Made by a program: the position numbers and the translations under genes
NCBI GenBank assembly: GCA_938082545.1
Contig: CALKCL010000009.1
Span: 9,594-73,593 of the forward strand
Source of the DNA: an uncultured Gammaproteobacteria bacterium
GTDB lineage: Bacteria; Pseudomonadota; Gammaproteobacteria; Ga0077536
Direction of reading: 5' to 3'
DNA: 64,000 nt
Shown: in pieces, positions 60,177 through 64,000 of the stretch
How positions within the stretch are numbered: the stretch's first letter is position 1
Layout of the letters: each line of letters opens with the position of its first letter
The notes under the pieces: model-generated
What the model was told of the DNA's origin: nothing
Seen by the model: the letters and a program-made list of their open reading frames with translations, nothing else
Database searches by the model: none

Positions 60177-60219
60177 TCTCGCTCCCCGTGATTTAGTGTG
60201 ATGTGATTATACAAAACCG

Positions 60220-61218
60220 TTAGGCTTTTTCTAGTAGGGCTTTTTTGTATTCGACTGATAGTGTATACATTAGCGTAGCCACTGAAATTACTTCGTGGAC
60301 TTGAGACACTGAGGTGCCGGCGTAGAGCGGCATTTCCTCTATATCGCCATTGAAAGCGGTTGTTGGAGGGTACGTTGTGTAGCGAGTCAGAGGGATGAGG
60401 GTATCTTCGATAGAGACAGTTCCGATTTGAGATCCCTCGCCTGGTCTTTGCCCCGGGGAGGGCCTATTGTTGTCAACCCAACGATTATATGCCCCGTTTA
60501 TAATTACTCGATGATTCGCATCAGGCCAACCACCGTCAAAAAGTTTGGTGATAACTGTATGAGCAGAATTAGCCAGAATGAGTCTTTCTTTGTACTCTTT
60601 AGCAGCAGATGACTCAGTTGTTGCAAGAAATCTAGTCCCCATAGAAACTGCCTCTGCGCCATGTGTTAACGCTTTTAATATGTCCTTTCCGGTGCCAATC
60701 CCGCCAGAGGCTATAGTGGGGATAGAACCGAGCTCTCGAGCACAACTTTGTAGCGTTTCGTAAAGAGGCGATTCGGCTTTAACATGCCCACCTGCTTCAG
60801 TACCCTGCATAATGATTCCACTCGCACCAGCATCTGCTGCGATTACGGCTTCTTCAACCGATCCGCATTGGCTGACGATGTAGATTCCTTTTTTTTGTGC
60901 ATCTTTAATATAGGGTTGTATGTCACCCCAAAAAAGAACCACAACTTTTACTCCTGCATCAAAGCAGGCGGCTATGTCGGATCCGTCTGACATCGGTATT
61001 ATGATATTTGCACCAAGAGGCTTTTTGGTTAGTTTTTTAGTTACCTCGAACATGGATTTTATCTCGCTTGCCAGCATCGCCCCTGCACCTAAGACTCCAA
61101 ATCCACCTGCACTGCTTATGGCGGCGACGAGATCAGGCCCTGCTAAGCCCAGCCCCATACCTGCGTTCCATATGGGCTCTTTATGGTTTAGATGATCAAG
61201 CATGTTTCTCTTTCTCAT
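60220..61218 (-). CDS. Nitronate monooxygenase / FabK-like flavoprotein
   Basis: PIWNAGM, GGFGVLG, QGTEAGGH, ASGGIG and MGTRFLAT. Confidence 0.87.
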   Translation of the reverse strand: MRKRNMLDHLNHKEPIWNAGMGLGLAGPDLVAAISSAGGFGVLGAGAMLASEIKSMFEVTKKLTKKPLGANIIIPMSDGSDIAACFDAGVKVVVLFWGDIQPYIKDAQKKGIYIVSQCGSVEEAVIAADAGASGIIMQGTEAGGHVKAESPLYETLQSCARELGSIPTIASGGIGTGKDILKALTHGAEAVSMGTRFLATTESSAAKEYKERLILANSAHTVITKLFDGGWPDANHRVIINGAYNRWVDNNRPSPGQRPGEGSQIGTVSIEDTLIPLTRYTTYPPTTAFNGDIEEMPLYAGTSVSQVHEVISVATLMYTLSVEYKKALLEKA

Positions 61219-61356
61219 TAGACATAGGCCTTCTTAGAAGTTCGCATGCATTATAGTCCTGATTATCCAAAAGTCGTGGGTCTTAATTTTTCGGCTCTTT
61301 TTTGCTTGTTAATGCGGGAGTGTTGGTTCTAAATACCTGATTAGGTTAAGAGTTTT

Positions 61357-61527
61357 TGCCGTCTGGAGTTATGGGCAACGTTACGCAAAGTTAATCTGTT
61401 AGCAACAATAAGACATGTCTCTCAGACATATAGTATTTATGTGTCATACGTTTCCCAATGGCACGTTTTGAAAGAAGGTACCCGTCCTTCTTGGTTTGCT
61501 ACCCCGCACTAGTGCGGGGTAGCTATT
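61357..61527 (+). ncRNA. Candidate intergenic sRNA ending in a strong palindromic hairpin
   Basis: Nested stems at 61357-61463, a hairpin at 61472-61492 and a perfect 26 nt palindrome at 61498-61523 followed by TATTT. Confidence 0.4.
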
Positions 61528-61572
61528 TAATTGCATTTATAACTGTTAGGATTCATAGTTACACAAGCGAGA

Positions 61573-61653
61573 GGCTAGGGGTGTTTTTGCGTTTAGCAAA
61601 GGCTGAGAGCAGACCCTTTGAACCTGAGCACTGCTTTGAGCGTTTAGGAAAGC
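61573..61653 (+). promoter_or_regulatory. TPP (THI-box) riboswitch, divergent in P4/P5, with an anti-SD expression platform downstream
   Basis: AGGGGTG...GCTGAGA...ACCCTTTGAACCTGA...TAGGAAAG upstream of thiC. TACCTCTA (61668-61675) is complementary to the SD-containing TAGAGGTA (61712-61719). Confidence 0.85.
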
Positions 61654-61714
61654 GATGATCCCTAGAATACCTCTAATAGATTTATCACAATACACCGGTT
61701 ACGGTGTGACATAG

Positions 61715-63607
<1,893 letters not shown>

Positions 63608-63638
63608 GAATCTTTAGATTATTAATAGGGCGACAAAG

Positions 63639-64000
63639 ATGGATAAAGGGAAACGAACTGCTCTGGTCACGGGTGGGAATCGCGGACTAGGTTTGGAGAT
63701 ATGTCGGCAGTTAGGAGCAAAGGATCACATAGTCTTCCTTGGGTGCCGAGATGTTGAAAAAGGTACAGCTGCGTCAGAGAATCTGACAAAAGAGGGTTTT
63801 GACGTGAGACCAATCCTTATTGATACGTCAAAATCGAACACAATTTTGGATGCTGTTCGTGCTGTCGAATCAGAAGTTGAGTGCTTGGATGTGCTGGTAA
63901 ACAATGCAGGTGCTTTTGTCGAGGAATGGGGCACTATGCCTAGCGCTCTGAAGGTGTCTGAATTAAAAGAGACTTTCGAAACAAATTTCTTCGGTCCTTT
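63639..64000 (+). CDS. Short-chain dehydrogenase (carbonyl reductase-like), 3' end outside the window
   Basis: Manual translation MDKGKRTALVTGGNRGLGLEICRQL...LDVLVNNAG...FETNFFGP. Not in the ORF track because it has no stop in the window. Confidence 0.85.
   Translation, partial: MDKGKRTALVTGGNRGLGLEICRQLGAKDHIVFLGCRDVEKGTAASENLTKEGFDVRPILIDTSKSNTILDAVRAVESEVECLDVLVNNAGAFVEEWGTMPSALKVSELKETFETNFFGP

Noticed and set aside
61458-61658. 66 aa ORF upstream of thiC as a leader peptide
   Set aside because: It runs through the palindrome and the TPP aptamer and has no protein-like features.

Overview
A 64 kb chromosomal window of moderately low GC, most consistent with a marine Gammaproteobacterium. 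That assignment is inferred from an E. coli-type LexA box, a two-subunit PntAB and a ColRS-like two-component system. It is densely coding (about 55 CDS). I saw no tRNA, rRNA, CRISPR array, transposase, integrase or reverse transcriptase. A few housekeeping genes (aspC/tyrB, serC-serA, pntAB, folD, thiC, SOS-boxed dnaE2) sit among many small catabolic or detoxification modules: acyl-CoA ligases, class I and III CoA-transferases, acyl-CoA dehydrogenase and carboxylase, luciferase-like, Rieske and TauD oxygenases, alpha/beta- and MBL-fold hydrolases, nitroreductases, GSTs, a rhodanese and a molybdopterin oxidoreductase. The ORF track misses or fragments three items: a partial AlgE-like porin at the left edge, a partial SDR at the right edge and an FAH-family pseudogene. 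The most unusual signals are non-coding: (i) a ~250 nt multi-stem intergenic RNA candidate at 31436-31688 that I cannot assign to a known family; (ii) a thiC TPP riboswitch whose pyrophosphate-sensing arm is non-canonical; (iii) further structured candidates at 61357-61527 and 17847-17944. Protein-level oddities include an orphan CbbQ/CbbO-type chaperone pair, a class I CoA-transferase pair apparently lacking the catalytic Glu, an orphan YqeC and a stand-alone DnaE2. All calls were made by eye from motifs; no database search or folding program was run.
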